A stretch of 64,000 nucleotides of DNA. Origin: a virus. Lineage: Duplodnaviria; Caudoviricetes. The notes below the pieces were generated by a model, which had not been told where the DNA came from, made no database searches, and saw only the letters and a program-made list of their open reading frames with translations. Location of the stretch: positions 21,391-85,390 of the IMG/VR virus record IMGVR_UViG_3300033066_000410, one strand, 5' to 3'. Every line of letters starts with the position of its first letter. Position 1 is the first letter of the stretch. The translations under genes and the position numbers were made by a program. Positions 38,046 to 46,813 of the stretch are shown here, one piece after another.

Positions 38046-38369
38046 TTATTGGCACCCTCTCAGTATGCCTGTTAGAAATGCAAGTGTGAGCACCGAAGCG
38101 ATACCCCATTTCATGCTAGGTGTTAGAAACGGCTCTTCCTCAGCCCGTTCATCTTCTGTCTCGAACGCTTCCGCATCAGGCCGGTAAACAACTGCCCTGT
38201 TATCTTCACTGGCCGGCTTTGTGAACTCTTTAGGTATACCTGTTAGCTCATAATTGGCAGTTATAAATTCCACAAACCCATCCAACGTAGGTTCTGTTTT
38301 TTCCCGTTCGCATCTGAACCGATACCTCTGTAGTAAGTATCTTTCTGTATTACCGTTTTGTGACTCCAT
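38046..38369 (-). CDS. membrane-anchored protein, paralogue group 38046-39102
   Basis: PTLDGFVEFITANYEL; C-terminal TM helix. Confidence 0.6.
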   Translation of the reverse strand: MESQNGNTERYLLQRYRFRCEREKTEPTLDGFVEFITANYELTGIPKEFTKPASEDNRAVVYRPDAEAFETEDERAEEEPFLTPSMKWGIASVLTLAFLTGILRGCQ

Positions 38370-38381
38370 GTTTATGTAGTT

Positions 38382-38729
38382 TTATATTTTACCTAGTAAA
38401 TGCAATACTAATGCGGTAAATGCTGCTGCTGCCAACGCCCCTAGCTTCAACCAAGTGATAACCTCTCTACGCCTTGTATAGTATTGTGGTTCCGGTAGTG
38501 GTGTGTGCCTGCGCTCATAGTGGAACTTCATCGTAGGAACCGCAGCCTGCACCCTCCTCTCAAAATCCAACTGCTCCTCTTCCTGTGTCGGAACTTCTAT
38601 CCGCTCGGGAACTTTGTAGAAGTCTTTTAAGTAAACAGCAAACCCCTCCGGTGTAGCTGTCTTCAAGTTATCTATACACCAATAAGCATACTCAATGTGT
38701 AGCATACCCCATGTTCTTTCCTCTGCCAT
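38382..38729 (-). CDS. membrane-anchored protein, paralogue group 38046-39102
   Basis: ATPEGFAVYLKDFYKVP; C-terminal TM helix. Confidence 0.6.
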   Translation of the reverse strand: MAEERTWGMLHIEYAYWCIDNLKTATPEGFAVYLKDFYKVPERIEVPTQEEEQLDFERRVQAAVPTMKFHYERRHTPLPEPQYYTRRREVITWLKLGALAAAAFTALVLHLLGKI

Positions 38730-38778
38730 TGTTTTATATTTGAATGCAATATAATCGCATTTAATGTAAATTAGGTAA

Positions 38779-39102
38779 CTATTTATCTTTTAAATCCTCA
38801 GCCAGTTTTTCAGCTAACGGCACCGGTAGTTTATATCGGTGTGCCAAGTAGAACGTATAGGAGCTTATTGTTTCCTTCCCGTCTAAACTGGCTCTGTATT
38901 CTCTGAATTTTCTTTCCACATCATCCCAATTTAACGGCTCTTCAACAGGCTGTATAAACTCATGTAGCTCCACCCTGTGCCCGTATTTTTGAAGCAGTGT
39001 ATTAACCGCATTTATTTTTTTACCAAGGTCTGCCCGTTCCTGCAACAACTCTTTTATGAACGCCTGCTCCCTGTATATGTCTTCGATACTCTTTGTATTC
39101 AT
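38779..39102 (-). CDS. hypothetical protein, paralogue group 38046-39102
   Basis: coiled-coil N-half; ETISSYTFYLAHRYKLP. Confidence 0.55.
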   Translation of the reverse strand: MNTKSIEDIYREQAFIKELLQERADLGKKINAVNTLLQKYGHRVELHEFIQPVEEPLNWDDVERKFREYRASLDGKETISSYTFYLAHRYKLPVPLAEKLAEDLKDK

Positions 39103-39105
39103 ATC

Positions 39106-39261
39106 CTAGTATTGGTCTTTTAAACTCTCATCAATCCGCTCCTGCTCCTGCGATTCCTGCTCATACGCAATTTTTATAATCTTGGCTAAGTCCCCATACG
39201 TCACCTTCTTGGTCTCCGGCAGGTTCTCTATTATTCCTAACACTCTTATTAGTATATCCAT
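39106..39261 (-). CDS. 51-aa hypothetical protein (not in ORF track)
   Basis: MDILIRVLGIIENLP...; A-rich leader. Confidence 0.5.
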   Translation of the reverse strand: MDILIRVLGIIENLPETKKVTYGDLAKIIKIAYEQESQEQERIDESLKDQY

Positions 39262-39273
39262 CGTTTTTTGTTT

Positions 39274-39441
39274 TTAGTTCTCGAACTCTATGAAGCAGTT
39301 TTTAAGTGAGCACGCAAACACCTCCACTTTGTCCTGCCCCTTCAATATGTAGAATATTACCCTGCTCTTTGAAAACTGCACGTCGTCATACTCTACGTCT
39401 TTCTGCCATTTGCCGTTCACCGTGGTCACTGTCGCTTTCAT
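39274..39441 (-). CDS. 55-aa hypothetical protein (not in ORF track)
   Basis: MKATVTTVNGKWQ... Confidence 0.5.
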   Translation of the reverse strand: MKATVTTVNGKWQKDVEYDDVQFSKSRVIFYILKGQDKVEVFACSLKNCFIEFEN

Positions 39442-39443
39442 TG

Positions 39444-39471
39444 TTATATAGCGTTATATAAGGTTATATAA
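39444..39471. repeat. 10-bp-phased TTATATA(A/G) boxes x3
   Basis: the 18-mer ttatataaggttatataa is also at 47703-47720. Confidence 0.7.
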
Positions 39472-39852
39472 GCAGTTTTAAGGACTGCCTTTTTTAAAAA
39501 TTTCAAAAATGTAGTTCTCCCTAGGTGCAAGTCCCCCTGTGAAAACACTTTTAAGGGTGGGGGTGGTCTGTATTACACAGGCTAATCTACCTTCTCTATC
39601 TTCTCTAGGTCTTCCATCACCTCTCGCGCCTCAGACTCCTCTGAGCCACTTATCCATCCCCAAGCCCAATAGATACCAATTATTATCACTCCTCCCGCTA
39701 TCGGTAGAGGCATATCCGGCATTACCATGATTCACTCCTTTCCCGCCCTTTCGGTGCGTTTGGTTCCATTGCAGTAAATAGAGCATACAGCCCTCCACCT
39801 ATCCCGCTTATGATTATGATTCCCATTTGTATAGTTTATATAGTATTATACG

Positions 39853-40047
39853 TCAATTCATTATCACTTGTTTCAGCTCTCTTAGCCGCGCATAAGGTAA
39901 AGCCCCAAAGTGCAGAGCCATTACTGCCTGTGAGTCCACCGTATCAAATGTTCCTCTTAGCGCGAGTTCCTCCTGTAACTCTTGCAGATTCTTCCTAGGA
40001 TAATCAGGGGCCACCCTTATCGGTTGTTTTCCATCTTTCTTTGCCAT
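39853..40047 (-). CDS. hypothetical protein
   Basis: 64-aa ORF with A-rich leader. Confidence 0.5.
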   Translation of the reverse strand: MAKKDGKQPIRVAPDYPRKNLQELQEELALRGTFDTVDSQAVMALHFGALPYARLRELKQVIMN

Positions 40048-40072
40048 TCGCTTTTACTTTTATTGTGGTTAT

Positions 40073-40306
40073 CTAATGTGTTACAAACTTAGCCTCCTCT
40101 CCGATGCCTGCTGTAGCCTCTGTGCATTTGCTGCCAATTATCCTACCATTCGAGTCCAGGTCAAGAATACACTTCTGACCCTTTATCATTATGTAGGTGT
40201 GCTTCTCATGCGGGTTTCGGTTCTCCAACCAAACTCCTAAGAATATAAGGCTCATAGAAAATGCGATAAAGGCAAACGCATATTTGAAATTAGGTATCTC
40301 ATCCAT
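40073..40306 (-). CDS. membrane protein (likely start MDEIPN)
   Basis: single TM helix; start reassigned to avoid overlap. Confidence 0.5.
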   Translation of the reverse strand: MDEIPNFKYAFAFIAFSMSLIFLGVWLENRNPHEKHTYIMIKGQKCILDLDSNGRIIGSKCTEATAGIGEEAKFVTH

Positions 40307-40316
40307 ATACTTTAGT

Positions 40317-40529
40317 TTATTGTTTACGTTTAGTGTATTTCCGCTTAATTCCCTTCTTCTTGAACACAATATCCATGTATTCCACCAAATACTTAGCATA
40401 CGTCGTATCGAAGTATTCTCCCCATATCTTAAACCCTTCTAACTTGTTCGCCTCCGCCGCTTTCTGTGCGCGTTTCAGTTGGGTCAACTTCTGCGGTGTC
40501 CATTCTATTATAGGCGTGGTAACAATCAT
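40317..40529 (-). CDS. hypothetical protein
   Basis: 70 aa; W....L..LK.A...A pattern. Confidence 0.55.
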   Translation of the reverse strand: MIVTTPIIEWTPQKLTQLKRAQKAAEANKLEGFKIWGEYFDTTYAKYLVEYMDIVFKKKGIKRKYTKRKQ

Positions 40530-40909
40530 ACTTCGTTGCTTTTTTCAATTAAGTAATCTACAAATGGCACACAGCCGGCCCCGTGTATCAGATAGCCTAT
40601 TGCATCTGCCGGTATTGCAAAATACCAAACCATGTGCCCTCCTAGGTGCGCTGTTACAACTCCGACCATGATAACAGCAAGTCCTGCGCTCATTCTATGT
40701 GCCTGCGTGTGGTGCTTCCCGAACGCATGAGTGCATATAATCATTGGCAGGTTAATCTTATCTAACTTACTCTTCGTTATCTGCGGAGGTTGGTTAGGTA
40801 TATCTGCCAGTTCAACCATCACCTTCTTCTTTTTCTTCTGTGTCGCTGATTCGGGCACAGGTATATGAGGTGTTTTCCGTCTGCGTGGTTTGTTGATATT
40901 CTGTGCCAT
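40526..40909 (-). CDS. membrane protein
   Basis: basic N-tail and two hydrophobic segments. Confidence 0.55.
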   Translation of the reverse strand: MAQNINKPRRRKTPHIPVPESATQKKKKKVMVELADIPNQPPQITKSKLDKINLPMIICTHAFGKHHTQAHRMSAGLAVIMVGVVTAHLGGHMVWYFAIPADAIGYLIHGAGCVPFVDYLIEKSNEV

Positions 40910-40921
40910 CGTTGGAACTCT

Positions 40922-41143
40922 TTAGTAGGCTAGGCAATAGTTAATGTATTCGTTTGTCTCCATACTAAAGTATTTGCTCGAATCATGTATGCGCTCGAAC
41001 ACGTCCTTATCACTTATATCCTCCGGCAGCATTCCCTCTTGCCCCGCGAACACCTCGCGTAAGCTGTCAATCATTCTACTAGATAGGGTGAACTTTTCCC
41101 CTATGTTGCGTCTCTGTTGTTCGGTAACTTCTGTGGTGTCCAT
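40922..41143 (-). CDS. hypothetical protein (likely start MDTTEV)
   Basis: promoter at 41176 lies inside the longer track ORF, so the start was reassigned. Confidence 0.55.
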   Translation of the reverse strand: MDTTEVTEQQRRNIGEKFTLSSRMIDSLREVFAGQEGMLPEDISDKDVFERIHDSSKYFSMETNEYINYCLAY

Positions 41144-41175
41144 GTGCTTGGTTTTATGTGTGTTTATATTCGATT

Positions 41176-41183
41176 CAAATATA
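41176..41183 (-). promoter_or_regulatory. promoter -7 element TATATTTG
   Basis: exact match. Confidence 0.65.
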
Positions 41184-41258
41184 GTATTGCTATCGTTAGT
41201 TAAAAGCAACTAATGCAAATTGTGGAAAAGTCATTTTGTGTGTTGGTTATAGGGCAAT

Positions 41259-41295
41259 AAAAAACCCCGAATACTTGTTATCGTATCGGGGTTTT
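41259..41295 (-). terminator. intrinsic terminator
   Basis: aaaaccccga/tcggggtttt stem. Confidence 0.75.
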
Positions 41296-41299
41296 CTGT

Positions 41300-41581
41300 T
41301 TAGGTGCCTAAACTGTTTAACCAGTTTAACGCTGCTTGGTGGCCTAAGCGTATTGCATCCTTCTTGTTCATACCGAGCGTCTGCAATTTCATAACCACCT
41401 TAAACTGGAGCTCAGCCTGTTCCCGCTCTTCGCTGAACATATCCATAAGTGTTAGCTGCAAGGCATTTAGTGCTACGTTTGCCTCTAAGCGTTTTTGATA
41501 AGTGCTAGCCAGTTCTCCTGTCTCTTTGTTAACCTGCTCTGTTGCCATTGCTTTAGTTTTTAGTGAATAAAAAACCCCCAC
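41300..41581 (-). CDS. hypothetical protein
   Basis: ORF between two terminators; probable start at MATEQ. Confidence 0.55.
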   Translation of the reverse strand: MGVFYSLKTKAMATEQVNKETGELASTYQKRLEANVALNALQLTLMDMFSEEREQAELQFKVVMKLQTLGMNKKDAIRLGHQAALNWLNSLGT

Positions 41582-41599
41582 CTTTTCAGGTGAGGGGCT
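41569..41599 (-). terminator. intrinsic terminator
   Basis: agcccctcacc/ggtgggg hairpin with U-tract. Confidence 0.65.
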
Positions 41600-41617
41600 A
41601 ATTTGGTTAGTCTTCGT

Positions 41618-43030
41618 TTACTTCTTCGCCGGTGCTACAGGTGCTCCACCTTTTGCGGCCTTAGCCTCTGCATCTGCTTTTGCAGTAGCTTGTGCTTTCA
41701 GGTCGTTCTCATACTTAGCCTGCGCTTTTGTATAAGTTGCATACTTTTCTAACAGCTTCTTCTCATCTGCCGTTGGTTTGTATGTTTTGTTGGCGTTAAC
41801 CTTAGCCTGTAGTGCCTGCATGTCTTTTAGGTTGGTAGGAATAGCCGGCGCATGTAAACCTTTTTCACGTTCCATCTCTGCCTTGGCTTTCTTTTCCGCT
41901 ACCGTAGAAGGGAACCTTGCGGCAATTTCTGCATCAATTTGCGCTTTTGTGGCGGCAATTTCTGCTTTCAGTGCTACTTTAAGTTTCACTTCCTGTGTAA
42001 TGCGGGTTTTTAAACCTTCCAAATACTCACGGTTCTTAGCCTTAGTAATATCAGCAGAAATATCTGCCAACACTTTTAGCTCCGTAGCTTTTTGGGCCTC
42101 GTGTTTATCCTTACGTTCTTGCTCGCGCTTTTGCTTTTTAGTAACATCGTTCTTAGCCTTAGCTGCATCGTTTTGCAGCGTTATAATGAAACCAAGTAAG
42201 TGTTGGCAAAGCTCTTCACCCAAATCTTTGTGGGATATAGGAACTACCTTGGTGCCTTTCACAATGGCGTAAGTGTAGCCTCTTTCGTCTACAACGTTCA
42301 CGATTGAATTTTTCCTTGCGGAACAAACAACCGCATACATCGGACTTTCTTGCCCTGTAGATACTACCACGGTATCACCTATTTTGTAGATGCCGTCTGT
42401 ATCAATAAACAGGTTAGGCAGGGTTAAGTCGCCGTTGCTATACGTTTTAATGTATTCAGCGCAGGCAACCTGTAACCACTTTCTTTCAGCCGGAGTAAAG
42501 CAGTTCATTAAGTCACCATAAGAGTAACGAAGTTCCTGTTTTACTTCTTTTAGCGGCTTTAACTTGCACATAGATTCTACCAAATCAGGTGTAATCTTTG
42601 TATCTGTAGAACCATATTTCACAACAAGGTTAATCAACAAATACCATGCGCCGTTAAGATACTCTCTCCAAAGTTCATACACCGGATATTCCGCTACGGG
42701 GATAAACCGTTTGAACCCTTGCAGGCCGTAATTTTGCGAATCAGTAAACGATATGCCCTTGGCATCTCTTACAACATTTTGCATGTCATAATACATAAGG
42801 TTTTCTACAACCTCTGCCTCTTCACGGGCAACACTTGGCACCAGTTGCTCAATTTTAGGTTCCTCTTTTTCAGGTGCAGTAGCCACCGGTGGAGTTACCA
42901 CGGTAGTATCTACAGGCTGTATAGTAGGTGCCTTTTGAGTTTCAATAGTGTTAGTGTTACTGCCTTTAGCACCTTGTTGTTGTTTATTTGCAGCTACAAG
43001 GTTTTTTGATTTTTTCTTATCAGTTTTCAT
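41618..43030 (-). CDS. large early protein (likely start MKTDKK), KOW/SH3-like core and Ala/Lys-rich coiled coil
   Basis: 470 aa; YKIGDTVVV motif; strong coding signature. Confidence 0.7.
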   Translation of the reverse strand: MKTDKKKSKNLVAANKQQQGAKGSNTNTIETQKAPTIQPVDTTVVTPPVATAPEKEEPKIEQLVPSVAREEAEVVENLMYYDMQNVVRDAKGISFTDSQNYGLQGFKRFIPVAEYPVYELWREYLNGAWYLLINLVVKYGSTDTKITPDLVESMCKLKPLKEVKQELRYSYGDLMNCFTPAERKWLQVACAEYIKTYSNGDLTLPNLFIDTDGIYKIGDTVVVSTGQESPMYAVVCSARKNSIVNVVDERGYTYAIVKGTKVVPISHKDLGEELCQHLLGFIITLQNDAAKAKNDVTKKQKREQERKDKHEAQKATELKVLADISADITKAKNREYLEGLKTRITQEVKLKVALKAEIAATKAQIDAEIAARFPSTVAEKKAKAEMEREKGLHAPAIPTNLKDMQALQAKVNANKTYKPTADEKKLLEKYATYTKAQAKYENDLKAQATAKADAEAKAAKGGAPVAPAKK

Positions 43031-43541
43031 TTGCTTGAATTTTAAAATGTTAGACATTAAATTCCACTCCATAAATAATACGGGGTTGAGCAAAGTAAAT
43101 AGTGTCAATCTTGCTACGGTCAGCTTCGTCTTGATTATTCGACTTTCTCATATTGTTATATATTCTATAGCTGTTTAGTGGCTTGCATCGTTGCAGGCTG
43201 TCTATAGGATATTACAAAATGTCAATGAACGTTTAGGGGAGGCAAATTGTGCTTTGCTCGTCTGAATTACCCCTCGCTGTCTGCTTTCGTTCCTTGTCGG
43301 TGCCGTTGTTCATTCGGTGCCGTTCGCGTCCCTTTTGGCTAATCGTTAGCAGCATGTTTATATAGTTGCCTCTGTAGTAGCTCGGTCAAAAGTTCGCATC
43401 TTATGCAAGGTTTGCCCCGTTTTTAGTCTATCCGTATAAAAGGCAGGCTATTTAATAATATAGCCGTTCGCCGTTCCTTTTATCCCTCAATAGCTAGTTT
43501 AGGGTTTCCGCTTTTGGTGCGTATTAAGTCAATGAACAGGT

Positions 43542-43549
43542 CAAATCTA
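43542..43549 (-). promoter_or_regulatory. promoter -7 element TAGATTTG
   Basis: TAnnTTTG match at the head of a 500-nt non-coding leader. Confidence 0.5.
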
Positions 43550-43668
43550 CTGGGGGTGTTTTTATCTCCCCCTTCGGTAGTGTAAATATAATATTTATAT
43601 GTGAATGCCATATAATTAAAGTGTTAAAATTGTTAATTTATTTTAGCTTGTTTGGTGCCCTGTAGCCT

Positions 43669-43840
43669 GTATAGTGTGGTATAGGTTTGCAGCAGGTGCA
43701 AAGGTTTGCTTTGTGTGTGTGTGGCTCCCTTTATGTGCTCCCTTTGCCCCGTTCCCTTGTTTGGGTGCCTTATGTGTGCTTTGCGCTCCCTTTGCCTTGT
43801 ATAGTGTGGTATAGGTTTGTATAGTGTGGTATAGGTTTGC
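43669..43840. repeat. three copies of 20-bp gtatagtgtggtataggttt
   Basis: copies at 43669, 43799 and 43819 (last two in tandem). Confidence 0.9.
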
Positions 43841-43861
43841 AGGTTTGCCGGTATAGAGAAT

Positions 43862-43917
43862 AAAAAATGCCTACAACAAAAAGGCGGCTTACCCTGTCCC
43901 CTCTTGTTAGTAGGCAT
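43862..43917 (-). terminator. long hairpin / terminator
   Basis: atgcctac-aacaa ... ttgttagtaggcat stem with U-tract on minus strand. Confidence 0.5.
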
Positions 43918-43940
43918 CTAAAATCCAAGCACGGATATTT

Positions 43941-44300
43941 TTACTTCAAGTATCTCTTTCTTAGCTTCTTTAAGTCCTCAGAAATAAATACAAGCGTAGT
44001 TCTTGTTACTACTGTTTTACTCTCCACATCAACGTCGAAAAGACCTTTGAACAACTTCTTCATGGTTGGGGCCGATAAAATCTTCTTCGACTCCCCATCC
44101 TTCGGCAATGAAAGATAACTCATCAACTTAGTCTTTTCTTCGTTTGTCTTCTTAAAGCCACATTTCTTATGGCAATCGTCCGTCTCGAAAAATTGAGCTA
44201 CTCCACCATATTTGCTGTCAATGTATGCACGAATGAATACCAACAAATCATAATACTCTACCTCTTTTCCTTTCACTGCTTCTTTAGTCGCTGTTCCCAT
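43941..44300 (-). CDS. hypothetical protein, possible HTH DNA-binding
   Basis: basic 119-aa helical ORF; weak XRE-like pattern. Confidence 0.5.
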   Translation of the reverse strand: MGTATKEAVKGKEVEYYDLLVFIRAYIDSKYGGVAQFFETDDCHKKCGFKKTNEEKTKLMSYLSLPKDGESKKILSAPTMKKLFKGLFDVDVESKTVVTRTTLVFISEDLKKLRKRYLK

Positions 44301-44310
44301 GTTTCCTCTC

Positions 44311-44685
44311 TTAGTCTTTATAGAAGTATACTATCGGGGTGTCCTCCGGTGTGTTATCCACCTCTATAGAATATCCCGACCAGTTCTTCACACCCGCCTC
44401 ATCAGCGTAAATGAACCATAAAAGTTCTTTTACCGTCTCCTTTCCTCCACCGAAGGTCATAAACACAACTTGGTGTTTCTCATCCCCGGTTTTTACTTCT
44501 CTTTCCACCATCTCCTGTAAATCTCCATCGAACTTAGCGTCCTTTAGAAACTTCTTTGCAGATTCCTGCAAGGGAGACATTTTTACAACCTTAGTTTCCT
44601 TCTTTCCGTCTTTACCGCTCATAGCTGCAACTTCTGCTGCTTCCTCGAACTCATTTTTCTTTACTCCTTCATCGCGCTTTGGCAT
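44311..44685 (-). CDS. hypothetical protein
   Basis: tiling ORF downstream of a promoter. Confidence 0.6.
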   Translation of the reverse strand: MPKRDEGVKKNEFEEAAEVAAMSGKDGKKETKVVKMSPLQESAKKFLKDAKFDGDLQEMVEREVKTGDEKHQVVFMTFGGGKETVKELLWFIYADEAGVKNWSGYSIEVDNTPEDTPIVYFYKD

Positions 44686-44736
44686 TTGAGTTACTTAATT
44701 AGTTGTTGAGATTCTCTTTTCTTCCGTCTATATAAG

Positions 44737-44744
44737 CAAATATA
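44737..44744 (-). promoter_or_regulatory. promoter -7 element TATATTTG
   Basis: exact match. Confidence 0.6.
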
Positions 44745-44746
44745 GT

Positions 44747-45004
44747 TTATTTAAGTATAATCGCAAATACTTGTAAATCTTTTTCAATCTCTTCTGTCTT
44801 CGCTGTGTAGAAGAACCTATATAGTGCATCAAGGTCTCTCAGCCCCTCATAGCGTTCTACACCAAGTTGCTCCACTAAGTCCTCCGCGTTAGCAGTTTGA
44901 TATAGTTTACTCCCCTTCTCTAACAGGCTCCTTATCTCCCGTATCTTTGCCGTCCGTTGGCGGAACGCCCACCACTCCTTTAAGCTCTTGTAAAGTGATT
45001 TCAT
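44747..45004 (-). CDS. hypothetical protein
   Basis: tiling minus-strand ORF. Confidence 0.55.
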   Translation of the reverse strand: MKSLYKSLKEWWAFRQRTAKIREIRSLLEKGSKLYQTANAEDLVEQLGVERYEGLRDLDALYRFFYTAKTEEIEKDLQVFAIILK

Positions 45005-45563
45005 ATTGTGCTATTTTTTGTGAGAACTGAGTAAACCCGCTCATCGTTCTTAGTATGTCCAACTGAGCCATAGTCACCTCATCTTCGCTATCCGGTGCAT
45101 AGGCAGTAATAAGTGTAGGTATGCCGTCCACTCCTGCGAAGTATAGTAATCTCCTCCCTCCGCTCTTAACCATGAAGAACCTTCCAATCTTATCCCCTTT
45201 ATCGGTCACTACAGGCGTAAAAGTGTCGTGTTCATAGTTTGCGCTCTCCCACTCCTGCTTATCGTTTACTTTCTCTAGCGAAGGTGTGGAAAGGCTTACC
45301 CCCATTAGTGAACGTTGTATTCCTTCGTATAGCTCAGCAGAAGGCGCAACAAAAGGAACATACTGACCCTCCTTCTCTATGTATATAAGCAAAGAGTTAA
45401 AGTTAAGTGTAGACAAAGCCACTCTGAATTTCTTCGGCTCGTCCCCCTGCCACACAGTAACCTGCTGAATAACCTGTCCCTTTTCATTGATTGGGAACCT
45501 TCCAAGTTCTACCTTTAGGTAGTGTTCGTAATCTAGTAAGCTGCTCATATTGTTTCGTTCCAC
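44907..45563 (-). CDS. hypothetical protein
   Basis: 218-aa tiling ORF. Confidence 0.6.
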   Translation of the reverse strand: MERNNMSSLLDYEHYLKVELGRFPINEKGQVIQQVTVWQGDEPKKFRVALSTLNFNSLLIYIEKEGQYVPFVAPSAELYEGIQRSLMGVSLSTPSLEKVNDKQEWESANYEHDTFTPVVTDKGDKIGRFFMVKSGGRRLLYFAGVDGIPTLITAYAPDSEDEVTMAQLDILRTMSGFTQFSQKIAQYEITLQELKGVVGVPPTDGKDTGDKEPVREGE

Positions 45564-45913
45564 ATTTGTTTTCCTTTTGCTTGGGCGCGTTCTCTCACTA
45601 TATGTAGTGCGAGTTCTTTAAGCATGTGCTCCTTTCGCATAGGAAGTGACATAGTATCTATGTCTTTTTCAAATTTTGTTTCCTCCGTCTTTCTAAGTTT
45701 CACAAATTGATACCTAGGTGTGGTCTCCATCTCCCTATTTCGGTATATTAAGTAATCTGCCACATCATACCCTCTTTGGTAGTGCTTCAAGGATTCTTCG
45801 GAAAGAAAAACTGCCGCAACAAACTGCTCTTCGTCAGTAGTTCTCTGCTCCTGCGCAAACACTTTTCCCCCTAAGCAATAATCTAAGAATTGAAATACCT
45901 CGGCTGCTGTCAT
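45545..45913 (-). CDS. hypothetical protein
   Basis: tiling minus-strand ORF. Confidence 0.6.
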   Translation of the reverse strand: MTAAEVFQFLDYCLGGKVFAQEQRTTDEEQFVAAVFLSEESLKHYQRGYDVADYLIYRNREMETTPRYQFVKLRKTEETKFEKDIDTMSLPMRKEHMLKELALHIVRERAQAKGKQMWNETI

Positions 45914-46416
45914 TTTGTATCTTTTAGCGAGTATAAGAATTTTCTAAGGAACTCCTCTTGGTGCCGGTGCGCAAAAGAGTAGTGGAACCTCTTCTTCTCA
46001 TCCTTCAATGCCTCTTCAATTCCGTAGCCCATCGCTACCTTCGCCAAAACGCTAAAAGTAGAAGTCCTACCGTGCCCATACTCACAATGTATAAGTATAG
46101 GCTTGCGCTCCCTCTTAACTATCTCCATAAACTCCTTCGCCTGCTCCTCTGTTGGAGCCTCATGGTCGGGAACTAGAAACCTAAATTCCTTTATGCCCAA
46201 TTTCTCACAGAACTTGTGGTCAACATCATTCTCCTTCCGAAGATTGATAACCGTGTTTACCCCGAGAGACCCCTCTAGCCATTTCCATTGATACTCATGG
46301 ATAGGTTGAGCACATCTATATATATTGTCGTAAATAAAAGCGAAGTTCTGTAACGGAACCAGTCCGAACCTCTTCTTATCGCTCTTTTTTGAATTTTCTT
46401 TGTGATACTCTCCCAT
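45910..46416 (-). CDS. protein tyrosine / dual-specificity phosphatase
   Basis: YRCAQP, VINLR, DH, and catalytic loop IHCEYGHGRTS (C-x5-R). Confidence 0.85.
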   Translation of the reverse strand: MGEYHKENSKKSDKKRFGLVPLQNFAFIYDNIYRCAQPIHEYQWKWLEGSLGVNTVINLRKENDVDHKFCEKLGIKEFRFLVPDHEAPTEEQAKEFMEIVKRERKPILIHCEYGHGRTSTFSVLAKVAMGYGIEEALKDEKKRFHYSFAHRHQEEFLRKFLYSLKDTK

Positions 46417-46417
46417 C

Positions 46418-46738
46418 TTATTTGAATTGTTTCGGTGCGCAGATTAAAACATTCCCCACTATGTAGTCAGTCCTGCCATAGTATTCATTCCACAACTCAG
46501 TCGCCGTCTCGTTCACTGGTAAATCAAAAAGTTTACCCTCCTCGTTCAGCAGCATAGTAAGAGTAGGCATCCCCTCTTTCACAAGGGTAACCATCTCCAC
46601 CATATTGTGTTGCTTGAACGCCACTATCTCTTGGCACTCCTCCAGTGAAAAGTTTTTGCCATTCTTAGGTTTCGTGGGAACCGGTTCTAAGCTGTTAGCG
46701 TTAATAATAACCGGAACTTCTATCTTTCTTGTTTCCAT
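46418..46738 (-). CDS. DUF3846-like protein (likely start METRKI)
   Basis: FSLEE.Q.IV...LLNEEGKL..LPVN..AT......D.IVGNV pattern. Confidence 0.6.
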   Translation of the reverse strand: METRKIEVPVIINANSLEPVPTKPKNGKNFSLEECQEIVAFKQHNMVEMVTLVKEGMPTLTMLLNEEGKLFDLPVNETATELWNEYYGRTDYIVGNVLICAPKQFK

Positions 46739-46763
46739 TTTATTGTGCTTGGTTTTATAAAAT

Positions 46764-46813
46764 AAAAAATGGGGACGGGTTAAAAGCAATGGCAGTCGCA
46801 AATCCCCGTCCCC
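46764..46813 (-). terminator. hairpin / terminator
   Basis: ggggacggg/cccgtcccc stem with long loop and U-tract. Confidence 0.55.

Noticed and set aside
39480-39850. tRNA or other RNA gene in this gap or at 48130-48500
   Set aside because: No cloverleaf or T-loop (GTTCRA) consensus found; only short ambiguous ORFs and AT-rich boxes.
43669-43840. Mini CRISPR array
   Set aside because: Repeats are only 20 bp, two are directly adjacent with no spacer and the other gap is 110 bp; no cas genes.
43633-43917. 94-aa ORF with LQTYTTLY repeats
   Set aside because: Low-complexity translation of the 20-bp DNA repeat; it starts inside a terminator hairpin.
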